64,000 nucleotides of DNA from an uncultured Actinomycetota bacterium (GCA_963771645.1 CAVYUH010000014.1:62146-126145); one strand, 5' to 3'. Numbered from the stretch's first letter, positions 26,613 to 37,184 are shown. A program made the numbers and translations. Notes: a model not told the origin generated them from the letters alone.

Positions 26613-26987
26613 CGCCGCCGCTCCTCGTCCTGGTCGCGCTCGCCGGCGGCGCGGGAGCGACGGTGCGGTTCCTGCTCGACCGCGCGATCCGCGCCCGTGC
26701 GAGCACCGCGTTCCCGCTCGGCACCGTGCTGATCAACTGCACCGGATCCCTGCTGCTCGGCCTGATCGTCGGACTCGCCGCCCGGCGCGGTGCTCCCCGA
26801 GACCCTGCACCTCATCGCGGGCACCGGGTTCCTCGGCGGCTACACCACGTTCAGCGCGGCGAGCGCGGAGACGGTCGCCCTGCTCGCGGGGCGCCGCGGC
26901 GGCCTCGCTCTCGTGAACGGCCTCGTCGTGCCGGTGGTGACCGTGCTGCTGGCGGCGGTCGGTCTCGGGGTCGCCGCAATGGGGTGA
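26609..26987 (+). CDS. crcB: Fluoride channel FluC/CrcB, subunit 2 (indel)
   Basis: GGAGATVRF, FPLGTVLINCTGS, GFLGGYTTFS; GTGA overlap. Confidence 0.85.
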
Positions 26988-27050
26988 ACCGGACCTGACG
27001 GGCGGCCATGAACCTCGCAGGCGCCGCGAAGCCGTCGATATGGTGTGGCC

Positions 27051-29593
27051 ATGGCGGCCCCCTCGACGCTCGGCGCCGAGGAGGAGCTCCACCTCATCGA
27101 CACTGGAGCGGTGGCAGCTCGCCGCCCGTGCACCGCAGCTGCTCGCGAGGCTCCCGGCCGCCAACTACTCCGCGGAGATCCAGCGCACGACCGTCGAGAC
27201 GAACACCGACGTGGTCACGACCCTTGACGGTCTGCGCCGCGAGATCCGCGGCTGCGCGCGCGGCGTGATGGAGGTGGCGGCCCGCGAGGGCCTCGGCATC
27301 GCCGCGGTCGGGACCGCAGCCCGCAGCGAGTTCCGCGACTTCGAGCTCACCGCGACGGGCCGCTACGGACGGATGCAGGAGCAGTACCGCCTGCTCGTCG
27401 ACGAGCAGCTGATCTGCGGCACCCAGATCCACGTCGGTGTCGCCGACCGGGAGCTCGCGGTCGACGTCGCCCAGCGGATCGCCCGCCACCTCCCCGTGCT
27501 CCTCGCGCTGTCGGCGAGCTCGCCCTACTGGAACGGGCAGGACACCGGCTACGCATCGATCCGCACGATCATCTGGCAGCGCTGGCCGAGCGCCGGCGCG
27601 ACCGGCCCGCTCGAGGACGCCGCCGAGTACGACCGGCTGCTCGCGGACCTCATCCGCTCCGGCGTGATCGCGGACGCGAAGATGGCCTACTTCGACGTGC
27701 GGCCCTCCGCGCACGCCCCGACCCTCGAGCTGCGGGTGTGCGACGCCTGCCCGCTCGTCGACGACGCGGTGCTGCTCGCCGGCCTGTTCCGCGCGGTGGT
27801 ACGCACCGCAGAGGTCGAGATCGCCTCAGGCGCCCCGCGCCGGCTGCGCGCGCTCCCCCTGCACCGGGCGGCGCTCTGGCAGGCGGCCCGCGGCGGCCTC
27901 GCGGGCCGGCTGCTCGACGACTCGGACCATCCGGAACCGGTCCTCGCCGCGACCGCGGTGCGCACGCTGATCGACCGGGTCCGCGACGCCCTCGAGGAGG
28001 CTCGGCGACTGACGACGAGGTCGCCGAGCTGGCGGAGTCGGTGCTCGCGCGCGGCAACTCCGCCGACCGCCAGCGGGCGGCCTTCGTCGGCGCGGGCGAC
28101 CTCGTCGGACGTGATGCGGCTCGTGGTCGCCGAGACCCAGGGCCCGGCCGACGGCGGCGTGCCGAGCGTCCCGGCGCTGCACCGCTACCGCGCGCGCGCC
28201 GGCGACGAGGGCGTCGGCCCGGACGCGGTGCCGCGCGCCGCATACGAGGACGTCGTCGAGCTTCTTCACCCGGCTCGGCCCCTCGGGCGTGGCCGAACGC
28301 GAGGAGCGCCGGGACGCCTGGGCTGCGGAGCACGGGCTCGAGTTCGGCGTCGGCGGCACGAAGCAGCCCTTCGCGGTCGACCTCGTGCCGCGGCTGCTGC
28401 ACCGGCACGAATGGGCCGAGCTGGAGGCCGGACTCGTGCAGCGGGCCCGGGCGCTCGAGGCCTTCCTCGACGACGTGTACGGGGAGGCTCGGATCGTGAA
28501 GGACGGGGTGCTGACGGAGGAGCAGGTGCTCCGCTCCCCCGGCTGGCGGCCCGAGGCGACGCGGCTGCCGCCCGGCGTCCTCCGCGTCCCGATCGCGGGC
28601 TTCGACGTCGTGCGCAACGAGTACGGCGGCTGGCGGGTGCTCGAGGACAACCTGCGCAACCCGTCCGGCATCGCCTACGCCGTCGCGGTGCGCCAGCTGC
28701 TGGACGAGGTGCTGCCCGACCTTCCGAGGCCGGCGCGGCTGATGGATCCCGCGGTCGTCTTCGAGCAGCTGCGCCGCACCGTGCTCGCGCAGGCGCGGCC
28801 CGGCACGCGCGGCGCGCTGCTGTCGAGCGGGCCCGAGAGCAGCGCCTGGTTCGAGCACCGACGGCTCGCCGAGGGCGCGGGCCTGCTGCTCGTGCAGGCG
28901 CGACGACCTCGACCTGGTGGGCGGCCGCGTCGTCCGCCGTCGCGACCGCGCGGCGATCGGCGCCCTCTACCTGCGGCTCGATGTCGAGCTCGCCGACCTG
29001 GTCGACGGGACCGGGCGTCCCATCGGCGCCGAGATCCTCGACGTCGCGGCGCAGGGCGGCGTCGGGCTCGTCAACGCCGCCCGGCAACGGCGTCGCGGAC
29101 GACAAGGCGATGTACCGGTCCGTGCCCGAGCTGATCGGCTACTACCTCGACGAGCGGCCGATCCTCGAGGGCGTGCCGACGTACCGCACCGGCGACGACC
29201 TGGAGCGCCAGGCGGTGCTCGAACGGGTCGGCGAGCTCGTCGACGAAGCCGGTCGACGGTCCGGCGGCCACGGGGTGCTGATCGGCCCCGATGCGAGCGC
29301 GGTCGAGGTGGCGGCCCGCCGCGTGGAGATCGCCGCGAACCCGGGCGGCTGGGTGGCGCAGGAGGTCGTGCCGCTGTCGAGCGTGCCCTCGATCGGGAAC
29401 GGGCTGCTGCAGCCGCGGCACGTCGATCTCCGCGCCTTCGTCTACGCGACCGGCCGGCGCCGCCGCGACGTCGTGCTCACCACCTGTGGCCTTCACCCGC
29501 GTCGCGCCCGACGGCAGCCTCGTGGTCAACTCCTCGCGCGGGGGCGGCGCGAAGGACACCTGGCTGCTCCACGAGCCCCACACGGAGCGGTAG
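27051..29593 (+). CDS. GCS2/YbdK carboxylate-amine ligase fused to circularly permuted type 2 ATP-grasp (multiple indels)
   Basis: TLGAEEELHLID, CGTQIHVG, SSPYWNGQDTGYAS, FDVRPSAHAPTLELRVCD; then VLEDNLRNPSG, SAWFEH, GNGVADDK, PRHVDLR, VVNSSRGGGAKDTW. Confidence 0.82.
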
Positions 29594-29598
29594 GGACC

Positions 29599-31386
29599 AT
29601 GTGCGGCATCGCGGGCGAGGTCAGGTTCGACGGCAGGAGGCCCGACACCGACGCCGTGCAGCGGATGACCGCCTGCCTCGTGCACCGCGGTCCCGACGGC
29701 GAGGGCCTCTGGCAGCACGGCGGCACGGCGCTCGGGCACCGACGGCTCGCCATCATCGACCTCTCCGCCGGCCGGCGCGCAGCCGATGGTCGACGAGGAG
29801 GCCAGGGCGACGATCGTCTTCAACGGCTGCATCTACAACTACGAGACCCTCCGCGACGAGCTGCGCGCAGCGGGTCACCGCTTCTCCTCGACCTCGGACA
29901 CGGAGGTGGTCCTGAAGGCCTGGCGGGAGTGGGGCGAGGACTTCGTCGAGCACTTCCGCGGCATGTTCGCGCTCGCGATCACCGAGCACGACAGCGGCCG
30001 CGTCGTGCTCGCCCGCGACCGGCTCGGCATCAAGCCGCTCTACCTCGACGAGCGCCCCGGCCTGCTCCGCTTCGCCTCGACCCCGCAGGCGCTCATCGCC
30101 GGCGGCGGCGTCGACACGAGCCTCGACCGGGCCGGCACTCGCGCACTACCTCAGCTTCCACGCGGTCGTGCCGGCACCCCGGACCGTGCTCACCGGCGTC
30201 CGGAAGCTGCCGCCCGCGACCGTCCGGGTGATCGAGGCGGATGGGAGCAGCCGGGAGCACGTCTACTGGGCGCCCTCGTTCACGCGCGACCCGGCCAACG
30301 CGGACTGGTCCGAGGCCGACTGGCAGGACGCCCTGCTCGAGGCGCTGCGCGGCGCGGTGCGCCGCCGCATGGTCGCCGACGTGCCGGTCGGCGTGCTGCT
30401 GTCCGGCGGCTTCGACTCGTCGCTCGTCGTCGCGCTGCTCGCCGAGGCGGGCCAGCGCGACCTCGCCACCTTCAGCATCGGCTTCGAGGACGCCGGGGGC
30501 GAGTCCGGGGACGAGTTCGCCTACTCCGACCTCGTCGCGGACGCCTTCGGCACCGACCACCATCGCATCCCGGTCGCCACCGACCGGCTGCTGGCCGCGG
30601 TCGACGCGGCGATCGGTGCGATGGGCGAGCCGATGGTGAGCCACGACTGCGTCGCCTTCTTCCTGCTCGCCGAGCAGGTGGCGCGGTCGGTGAAGGTCGT
30701 GCAGTCTGGGCAGGGCGCGGACGAGGTGCTGGGGGGCTACGAGTGGTACCCGCCGCTGGTCGGCGTGGACCGCGCCGACGCCGTGGACGCGTACGCCGCC
30801 GTGTTCGCCGACCGCACCTGGCCCGCGATGCGCGAGCTGCTGAACCCCGGCTGGCTGCCGCCGGACGATCCGCCCGGCCGCTTCCTCGACGACCGGTTCG
30901 CCGCGGACGGCGCCGAGACCGCGGTCGACGCCGCGCTCCGGATCGACACGACCGTGATGCTGGTCGAGGACCCGGTGAAGCGCGTCGACCAGATGACGAT
31001 GGCCTGGGGTCTCGAAGCGCGCGTGCCGTTCCTCGACCACGACTTCGTCGAGCTCGCCGCCGCCGTGCCCCCGGAGCTGAAGCTCGCCGACGGTGGCAAG
31101 GGGGTGCTGAAGCGGGCGTCGCGCGGCCTCGTGCCCGACGCCGTGCTCGACCGGCGGAAGGGCCACTTCCCCGTCCCCGCGATCCGGCAGCTGGACGGAC
31201 CGCTGCTCGCGCGCGTGCGCGACGCCCTCACCGACCCGGTCGCCGTGCGGCGCGGCCTGTTCCGCCCGGACCGCATCGAGCGGATGCTCGCCGACCCGAA
31301 CGCCGAGCGCACGACCGCTCGGCAGCAACGCGCTCTGGCAGCTCGGGCTGCTCGAGCTGTGGCTGCAGCGGCACGCGGTCGGATGA
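29599..31386 (+). CDS. Asparagine synthase-family glutamine amidotransferase (NAGGN amidotransferase-like; indels)
   Basis: MCGIAGE (N-terminal Cys), HRGPDG, HRRLAIIDL, FNGCIYN, RDRLGIKPLY, LLSGGFDS, SGQGADE, DPVKRVD, EARVPFLD. Confidence 0.9.
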
Positions 31387-31405
31387 GCCCGCGAGGATGG
31401 GGGCG

Positions 31406-33259
31406 ATGATCCCCGACACCGCCGCCCGCGTCGACGCCGCCCTCACCACCGGGCTCGCGCTCGTCGACGCCTGGGGCAGCTGGGGCCCCAGCATGACGCG
31501 CGACGGCATGCGCATCGCGTTCATCAGCGACCGCTCGGGCGTGCCCGAGGTCTGGGTGCAGGACGTGACGCCGGAGGGCGAGCCGCAGGCCGCGAGCCGG
31601 ATCCCGCTGTCGGCGGATCCGGTGCTCCAGGTGTCCTGGTCGGCCGACGGCCGCTGGCTCGCCTGCGTCGTGGCGACCGACGGCGGGGTGCGCACCCAGG
31701 TGTGGGTGGTGCGGCCCGACGGCACCGAGGCGCGGCGGATCGCGGGCGACCGGGACGTGCACGCCGAGCTCGGGCCCTGGGCCCGCAGCGGCCACCGCGT
31801 CGTCGTCACCCTGCCCTCGCCCGGGGAGGGAAGGCCGGCGCGGTCGTTCCTCGCCGATCCGCGCACGGGCCGGCTCGACGAGATCGCGGCCGGCGACCTC
31901 ATCCACGTGCTCGACCTGTCGCTCGAGGAGCGGTTCATCGTCATGGCCGACGGCGAGCGCGGCAGGCGGTTCTGCGTCGTGGTCGACCGGCTCGAGGACC
32001 GGCACGTGCCGCTGCTGCCCGCGGGCACCGGCTCGACCGAGACCGCGCTCATCCGCCCGGCCCCCGAGGGCGACACCGGGCCCCTGTACGTGTACCTCGC
32101 ATCCGACGTGGGGCTCCCGCGGAAGCAGCTGATCGGGCTGCCGTTCGGTCCGAACGGCCACCGCGGCGAACCGCGCACGCTCGCGCGCCGCGACGACGCC
32201 GAGCTCGAGGCGGTCGACGCGGACGACGCCGGCCGGCTGCTGCTGCTCGTCTGGAACGTCGCCGGATCGAGCGAGCTCGAGCTGTTCGACACGACGACCC
32301 ACGAGCGCATTCCCGTCGGCGGCCTGCCAGGGCTCGTCGCCACGACGCCCGTGCTGTCCCGCGACGGGCAGAGCGTGGTGCTCGGCGTCGAGGGCCCCAC
32401 GCGCCCGAGGGAGCTGTGGCAGCTCGACATCCGTGCGTCCCGCTGGCGGCGGGTGACCGCCGCACCCGGTGAGGTCACCGGCCTCGTGACGCCGACGCTC
32501 GAGCGGTTCGAGGGCGAGGACGGCCTGCCGCTGACCGGCTGGCTCTACCGGGCGGCGGATGCCGGCGCTGACGGGCCGGCCTTCGTCATGCTGCACGGCG
32601 GCCCCGAGGCGCAGGAGCGGCCCACCTTCAGCCCCCAGTACCAGGCCCTCGTGATGGCCGGGATCTCGGTGCTCGCCCCGAACATCCGCGGCTCCTCCGG
32701 CTTCGGGCGCGAGTTCGTGCACGCCGACGACCTCGACCGGCGCTGGGACGCGATCGCCGACGTGCGCGCCGCGGCCGACCACCTCGTCGAGGCCGGCGTG
32801 GCGGCGGCGGACCGGATCGCGGTGGGCGGCCGGTCCTACGGCGGGTACCTCACCCTCGCCTCGCTCGTCTTCTCCCCCGGCCGGTTCGCGGCGGGCGTCG
32901 ACGTCTGCGGGATGAGCGACCTCACGACCTTCTACCGCGACACCGAGCCGTGGATCGGTGCCGCGGCGGTCACGAAGTACGGCCATCCCGCCCGCGACCG
33001 GGCGCTGCTCGAAGCGATCTCACCGCTGGCGCGGGCAGCGGAGATCGACGTGCCCGTGCTCGTCGCCCACGGCGAGCTCGACACGAACGTGCCGCTGAAC
33101 GAGGCGACGCAGGTGGTCGAGGCGCTGCGGGAGGCCGGCCGCGAGGTCGACTACCTCGAGCTCGCGGGCGAGGGTCACGAGTACCGCCGCGCAGACTCCC
33201 GCAAGCGGCTGCTGGCCGCGACCGTCCGCTTCCTCACGGCGCACCTCGGCCTCGCCTGA
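31406..33259 (+). CDS. S9 family (prolyl oligopeptidase / acyl-peptide hydrolase-like) serine peptidase
   Basis: Propeller repeats; HGGPE, NIRGSSGFG, GRSYGG (Ser), HGELDTNVP (Asp), EGHEY (His); no signal peptide. Confidence 0.9.
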   Translation: MIPDTAARVDAALTTGLALVDAWGSWGPSMTRDGMRIAFISDRSGVPEVWVQDVTPEGEPQAASRIPLSADPVLQVSWSADGRWLACVVATDGGVRTQVWVVRPDGTEARRIAGDRDVHAELGPWARSGHRVVVTLPSPGEGRPARSFLADPRTGRLDEIAAGDLIHVLDLSLEERFIVMADGERGRRFCVVVDRLEDRHVPLLPAGTGSTETALIRPAPEGDTGPLYVYLASDVGLPRKQLIGLPFGPNGHRGEPRTLARRDDAELEAVDADDAGRLLLLVWNVAGSSELELFDTTTHERIPVGGLPGLVATTPVLSRDGQSVVLGVEGPTRPRELWQLDIRASRWRRVTAAPGEVTGLVTPTLERFEGEDGLPLTGWLYRAADAGADGPAFVMLHGGPEAQERPTFSPQYQALVMAGISVLAPNIRGSSGFGREFVHADDLDRRWDAIADVRAAADHLVEAGVAAADRIAVGGRSYGGYLTLASLVFSPGRFAAGVDVCGMSDLTTFYRDTEPWIGAAAVTKYGHPARDRALLEAISPLARAAEIDVPVLVAHGELDTNVPLNEATQVVEALREAGREVDYLELAGEGHEYRRADSRKRLLAATVRFLTAHLGLA

Positions 33260-33281
33260 CCTGCGTCTACACTGCGTCGCG

Positions 33282-33644
33282 ATGGCGGATCGGGTGCGGG
33301 TCGACGTGTGGCTCTGGGCCGTGCGCGTCTACAAGACCCGCTCGATGGCGACGTCCGCCTGCAAGGCCGGCCACGTGTCGGTCAACGGCGAGAAGGTGAA
33401 GCCGTCGCACGTCGTGCGCATCGGCGACGAGGTGCGGGCGCAGGTCGCCCACGAGAAGATCCTCGGCGTCACCGGGCTGCTCGAGAAGCGGGGCAGCGCG
33501 GAGGTCGCCGCGACCGCGTTCGAGGATCGCACTCCGCCCCCTCCGCCCCGCGTCGAGACGCCCGCGCAGGTGCTGCGCGACCTCGCCGCCGGCCGCCCCA
33601 CGAAGCGCGACCGCCGCGCGATCACCCGCCTCCGCGGCTACTGA
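33282..33644 (+). CDS. hslR: S4-domain RNA-binding heat shock protein Hsp15
   Basis: RVDVWLWAVRVYKTRS...GRPTKRDRR. Confidence 0.88.
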   Translation: MADRVRVDVWLWAVRVYKTRSMATSACKAGHVSVNGEKVKPSHVVRIGDEVRAQVAHEKILGVTGLLEKRGSAEVAATAFEDRTPPPPPRVETPAQVLRDLAAGRPTKRDRRAITRLRGY

Positions 33645-34009
33645 CCGGCGTCCGCCGGTCGATCGCAGACGTCGAAGCGGTTCCCCTCCGGGTCCTCCAG
33701 CAGGGTCCAGTCGACCTCGTCGTGGTGCTCCAGCGGGATCTCGGTCGCGCCGAGCGCCACCAGCCGTCGCACCTCGGCCGCGCGGTCGTCGGCGTAGAGG
33801 TCGAGGTGGAAGCGCGGCGGGAGGTCGTACTCGGAGTGCTTCAGGTCGAACGAGAGGCTCACGCCGTTCCCGGTCCGCGGCCGCAGGCTCACCCAGTCCT
33901 CGGTCGCGCTGCCCTCGCGTGGGACGTAGTCGAGCGCTGCGCTCCAGAACGCGACCTCGCGCTCGAGGGCGCGCACCCGCAGCACGACAGCGCCGACGTC
34001 GAGGGCCAC
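33638..34009 (-). CDS. VOC/glyoxalase family protein
   Basis: AFWSAAL, RFHLDL, EVRRLVALGA, DPEGNRF. Confidence 0.88.
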   Translation of the reverse strand: MALDVGAVVLRVRALEREVAFWSAALDYVPREGSATEDWVSLRPRTGNGVSLSFDLKHSEYDLPPRFHLDLYADDRAAEVRRLVALGATEIPLEHHDEVDWTLLEDPEGNRFDVCDRPADAGQ

Positions 34010-34022
34010 CGCTCGGATCCGC

Positions 34023-34205
34023 TCAGTCGGGCTCGGCCGGGTCGAGCACCTCGTGCTCGTCGCGGTGGTCGGGGTCCTCCCCCTCCGCCTGCGACGGCTT
34101 GCCCTCGGGCTCGAGGACGATCTCCTGCTCCTGGTCGTCCGCCGGGTCCTCGCCCTCCGCCTGGGACGGGTGGCCGAGGTCGTTGTCGTCGTTGACGTCG
34201 CTCAT
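34023..34205 (-). CDS. 60-aa acidic small protein with duplicated PSQAEGEDP motif
   Basis: SD GGAG; ATGA overlap with ndh stop; GC-biased third codon positions. Confidence 0.7.
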   Translation of the reverse strand: MSDVNDDNDLGHPSQAEGEDPADDQEQEIVLEPEGKPSQAEGEDPDHRDEHEVLDPAEPD

Positions 34206-35539
34206 CGTGGTGCTCCTGCCTTCTCCGCCTCGACGCGGAAGTCGTGGCGCGGATCCTCGAGGTCGTCCGTCGGCGTGAGGTCGATGCGGCCGAGCGCGTC
34301 GGCGGCCCATCCGGCGAGGATGCGGATCTTGCGGTCGGTCGTCGGCATCGCCAGCAGGTGGTAGCCCCGGTGCGCGAGCCAGGCCCACGTGTCCTTCAGC
34401 TGGATGCCGTGGATGTTCGCGGCGCCCTTCAGGATCCCGTAGGACGCGACGGTGCCGAGCGTGTAGTGCACGTAGGGGCGCGGGCGCCGGCGGCGGATGG
34501 CCTTCGGGATGCTCTCGCCGAGCAGCACCGCCTGGCGGAGCGCGTTCTGCGCGTTCGGCGGGTAGAACGCCGGCTGCTGCTTCTTGGTGGTGTCGGGGAT
34601 CTGCGCGATGTCACCGGCCGCCCACGCGCCGCGCACCCAGGAGCCGTCCTCGCGGACGACCTGGAGCCGGGAGTTCGCGACGACGTGGCCCTTCGGGCCG
34701 CGCGGCAGGTCCATGGCGTCGAGCGCGGGGTTCGGCTTCACGCCGGCGGTCCAGACGAGCATCCCGAACGGGAACGACTCGCCGTCGGACAGCTGCGCGA
34801 CGTCGTCCTCGCAGGACTTCAGGGTCGTCTTCAGCCGCACGTCGATGCCCCGGTTCCGCAGCTCGCCGAGCGTCCAGGCGGACAGCTCCGGCCCGACCTC
34901 GGGGGCGACCCGGTCGAGCGCCTCGATCAGCACCCACCTCGGCTCCACGCCGCGGAGCGCCGGCTGCGCGGCGATGGCCTTCTTCGAGAGGTCGGACAGC
35001 TCCGACAGCGCCTCGACGCCGGTGTAGCCACCGCCGACGAAGACGAAGGTGAGGTACTTCTGCCGCTCCTCCGGGTCGGTGGCGGCCGCCGCGCGGGCGA
35101 CGTTCTCGAGCACCCGGTTGCGGGTGCCGACGGCCTCCTCGATCGTCTTGAACCCGATGCCGCGCTCGGCGAGACCCGGGGTCGGGAAGACGCGGCTGAC
35201 CGCGCCCATGCCGATCACGACGTGGTCGTACTCGAGGCGCTGCTCCTGGCCGTCGATGGTCTGCACCGTGGCGACGCGGCGCCGGGAGTCGAGACCGGTG
35301 ACGGATCCGCGCACGACCTTCGCGTGCGAGAAGGCCTGCCGCAGGTCGACGGTCACGTTCCGCGCGTCCACGTGGCCCCCGGCGACCTCGGGCAGCAGCG
35401 GCTGGTACGTCATGTACGCGCGCGGTTCGACGACGGTGATGTCGAGGTCCACCTCGGTGTGCTTCTCGAGGGTCCACGTGACGTAGAGGCCGACGTAGCC
35501 GCCGCCGAGGACCAGGATCTTGGATCGCGCACGTGGCAT
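34202..35539 (-). CDS. ndh: Type II NADH dehydrogenase family FAD oxidoreductase
   Basis: VLGGGYVG, YQPLLPEVAGG, FVGGGYTGVE, WTAGV, AAGD, PPNAQNA. Confidence 0.88.
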   Translation of the reverse strand: MPRARSKILVLGGGYVGLYVTWTLEKHTEVDLDITVVEPRAYMTYQPLLPEVAGGHVDARNVTVDLRQAFSHAKVVRGSVTGLDSRRRVATVQTIDGQEQRLEYDHVVIGMGAVSRVFPTPGLAERGIGFKTIEEAVGTRNRVLENVARAAAATDPEERQKYLTFVFVGGGYTGVEALSELSDLSKKAIAAQPALRGVEPRWVLIEALDRVAPEVGPELSAWTLGELRNRGIDVRLKTTLKSCEDDVAQLSDGESFPFGMLVWTAGVKPNPALDAMDLPRGPKGHVVANSRLQVVREDGSWVRGAWAAGDIAQIPDTTKKQQPAFYPPNAQNALRQAVLLGESIPKAIRRRRPRPYVHYTLGTVASYGILKGAANIHGIQLKDTWAWLAHRGYHLLAMPTTDRKIRILAGWAADALGRIDLTPTDDLEDPRHDFRVEAEKAGAPR

Positions 35540-35579
35540 GCGTGCACCGTCCCACCGCCACCTGGACGGTTGCTGGCGG

Positions 35580-36278
35580 TCAGCGGGGTGCGTCGACGAG
35601 CGGGCGGACGCGGGCGAGGGCCGGCCCGAGCCCGATGTCGACGAGCCGCACGGTGCCTGCCAGGTCGCGGCCGGGCGGAAGGAGCAGCCCGGCCTTGACC
35701 GCCCCGAACGTGACGGTCGTATCGGCGGGCAGCACCGGGCCGCCGACGGCGCCGTCATCCGCGCCGATGCCGCTCGGCAGGTCCACCGCCACCACGGCGG
35801 GCCCGCCGTGGTCGGCGATCGGGAGCAGCGCCGCCACCACCTCCTTCGCGGGCGACCGCAGGGCCGGGCTCGCGCTCGCGCCGGTGCCGAGCACCCCGTC
35901 GAGCACGACGTCGACGGCGGCGGCGATGCGGGCGACCGCGTCCGGATGAGCGTCCTCGAGCACGGTCGCGCCCGCATCCACCGCTGCCGCGAACCCCGCC
36001 TCGTGGATCCGGGACCCGAGCCGCACGACGACCGCCGTGCACCCGTCCGCGAGGAGCTCGGCGGCGGCGAGGAGGGCGTCGCCGCCGTTGCTGCCGCTGC
36101 CGGCGAGCACGAGCAGACGGCCCTGCGCTTCCGGCCGCTGCGCGATCACCTCGCGGACGACGTCCGCGAGCCCCGCGGCCGCGCGGGCCATCAGCGGCAC
36201 CCCGGCCTCGAGCAGGGGCCGCTCGGCCTCGCGGATCTGCGCGGCGGAGTACCCGGAGGAGAGGTGACGTGGCGTCAT
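35580..36278 (-). CDS. nnrE: NAD(P)H-hydrate epimerase (stand-alone YjeF-N)
   Basis: LMARAAAGLA, AGSGSNGGDAL, DGVLGTG, VAVDLPSG, TVTFG. Confidence 0.85.
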   Translation of the reverse strand: MTPRHLSSGYSAAQIREAERPLLEAGVPLMARAAAGLADVVREVIAQRPEAQGRLLVLAGSGSNGGDALLAAAELLADGCTAVVVRLGSRIHEAGFAAAVDAGATVLEDAHPDAVARIAAAVDVVLDGVLGTGASASPALRSPAKEVVAALLPIADHGGPAVVAVDLPSGIGADDGAVGGPVLPADTTVTFGAVKAGLLLPPGRDLAGTVRLVDIGLGPALARVRPLVDAPR

Positions 36279-36332
36279 GCGACCATCGTCCTCGACCCGT
36301 TGCACCTGGCGGGCGAACGAGAAGGAGTCGCG

Positions 36333-37184
36333 ATGCGCATCATCGTCACCGGAGGCAACGGGAAGCTCGGCCGCGCGGTCGTCGCCCACCTGAAGGAGCA
36401 CGGCCACGAGGTGTTCGTGTTCGACAAGGTGGCCGCCCGCGAGCCCGGCTACTTCCCCGTCGATCTCACCGACTACGGCCAGGTGCTCGACGCGGTGCTC
36501 GGCATCGAGGAGAACCACGACGGCGTCGACGCGCTCGTGCACCTCGCCGCGATCCCGGCGCCCGGCATCGTGCCCGACGTCGCGACCTTCGACAACAACG
36601 TGCCGTCGACCTACCACGTGCTGCAGGCCGCCCGCCGTGCGGGCATCAAGAAGATCGTCGCCGCGTCGAGCGAGACCGTGCTCGGCCTGCCGTTCGACGT
36701 GGCCCCGCCCTACATCCCCGTCGACGAGGCGTACGACGCGCGGCCGGAGAGCACGTACTCGCTCGGCAAGCACCTCGAGGAGCAGATGGAGATCCAGCTC
36801 TGCCGTTGGGACCCGGAGCTCTCGATCACCGCGATGCGCTTCTCGAACGTGATGGAGCCCGCCGACTACGCCGCCTTCCCGTCGTTCCAGGACGACCCGA
36901 TGCTGCGGAAGTGGAACCTCTGGGGCTACATCGACGCCCGTGACGCCGCCGACGCCGTGCTGAAGGCCCTCGAGGTGCGCGGGCCCGGCTTCGAGCGGAT
37001 GATCATCGCGAACGCCGACACGGTGATGGAGCGGCCGAGCGCCGAGCTCGCCGCGGAGGTCTTCCCTGGGGTGCCGCTGAAGAAGGACGTGCAGGGCACC
37101 GAGACGCTGCTCTCGATCGACACGGCCCGCCGCCTGCTCGGCTGGGAGCCGACGCACTCCTGGCGCAGCGAGGTGCAGGGCTGA
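36333..37184 (+). CDS. NAD-dependent epimerase/dehydratase
   Basis: VTGGNGKLG, VHLAA, ASSET, YSLGK. Confidence 0.88.
   Translation: MRIIVTGGNGKLGRAVVAHLKEHGHEVFVFDKVAAREPGYFPVDLTDYGQVLDAVLGIEENHDGVDALVHLAAIPAPGIVPDVATFDNNVPSTYHVLQAARRAGIKKIVAASSETVLGLPFDVAPPYIPVDEAYDARPESTYSLGKHLEEQMEIQLCRWDPELSITAMRFSNVMEPADYAAFPSFQDDPMLRKWNLWGYIDARDAADAVLKALEVRGPGFERMIIANADTVMERPSAELAAEVFPGVPLKKDVQGTETLLSIDTARRLLGWEPTHSWRSEVQG

Noticed and set aside
29599-33259. Lasso peptide cluster (Asn synthase-like cyclase plus S9 isopeptidase)
   Set aside because: The AsnB homologue keeps an intact N-terminal Cys glutaminase domain, and no leader peptidase, RRE or lasso-like precursor is visible
29786-33259. 1157-aa amidotransferase-peptidase fusion in the ORF track
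   Set aside because: The middle is an out-of-frame shadow; the amidotransferase ends at TGA 31384-31386 and the peptidase has its own SD and ATG
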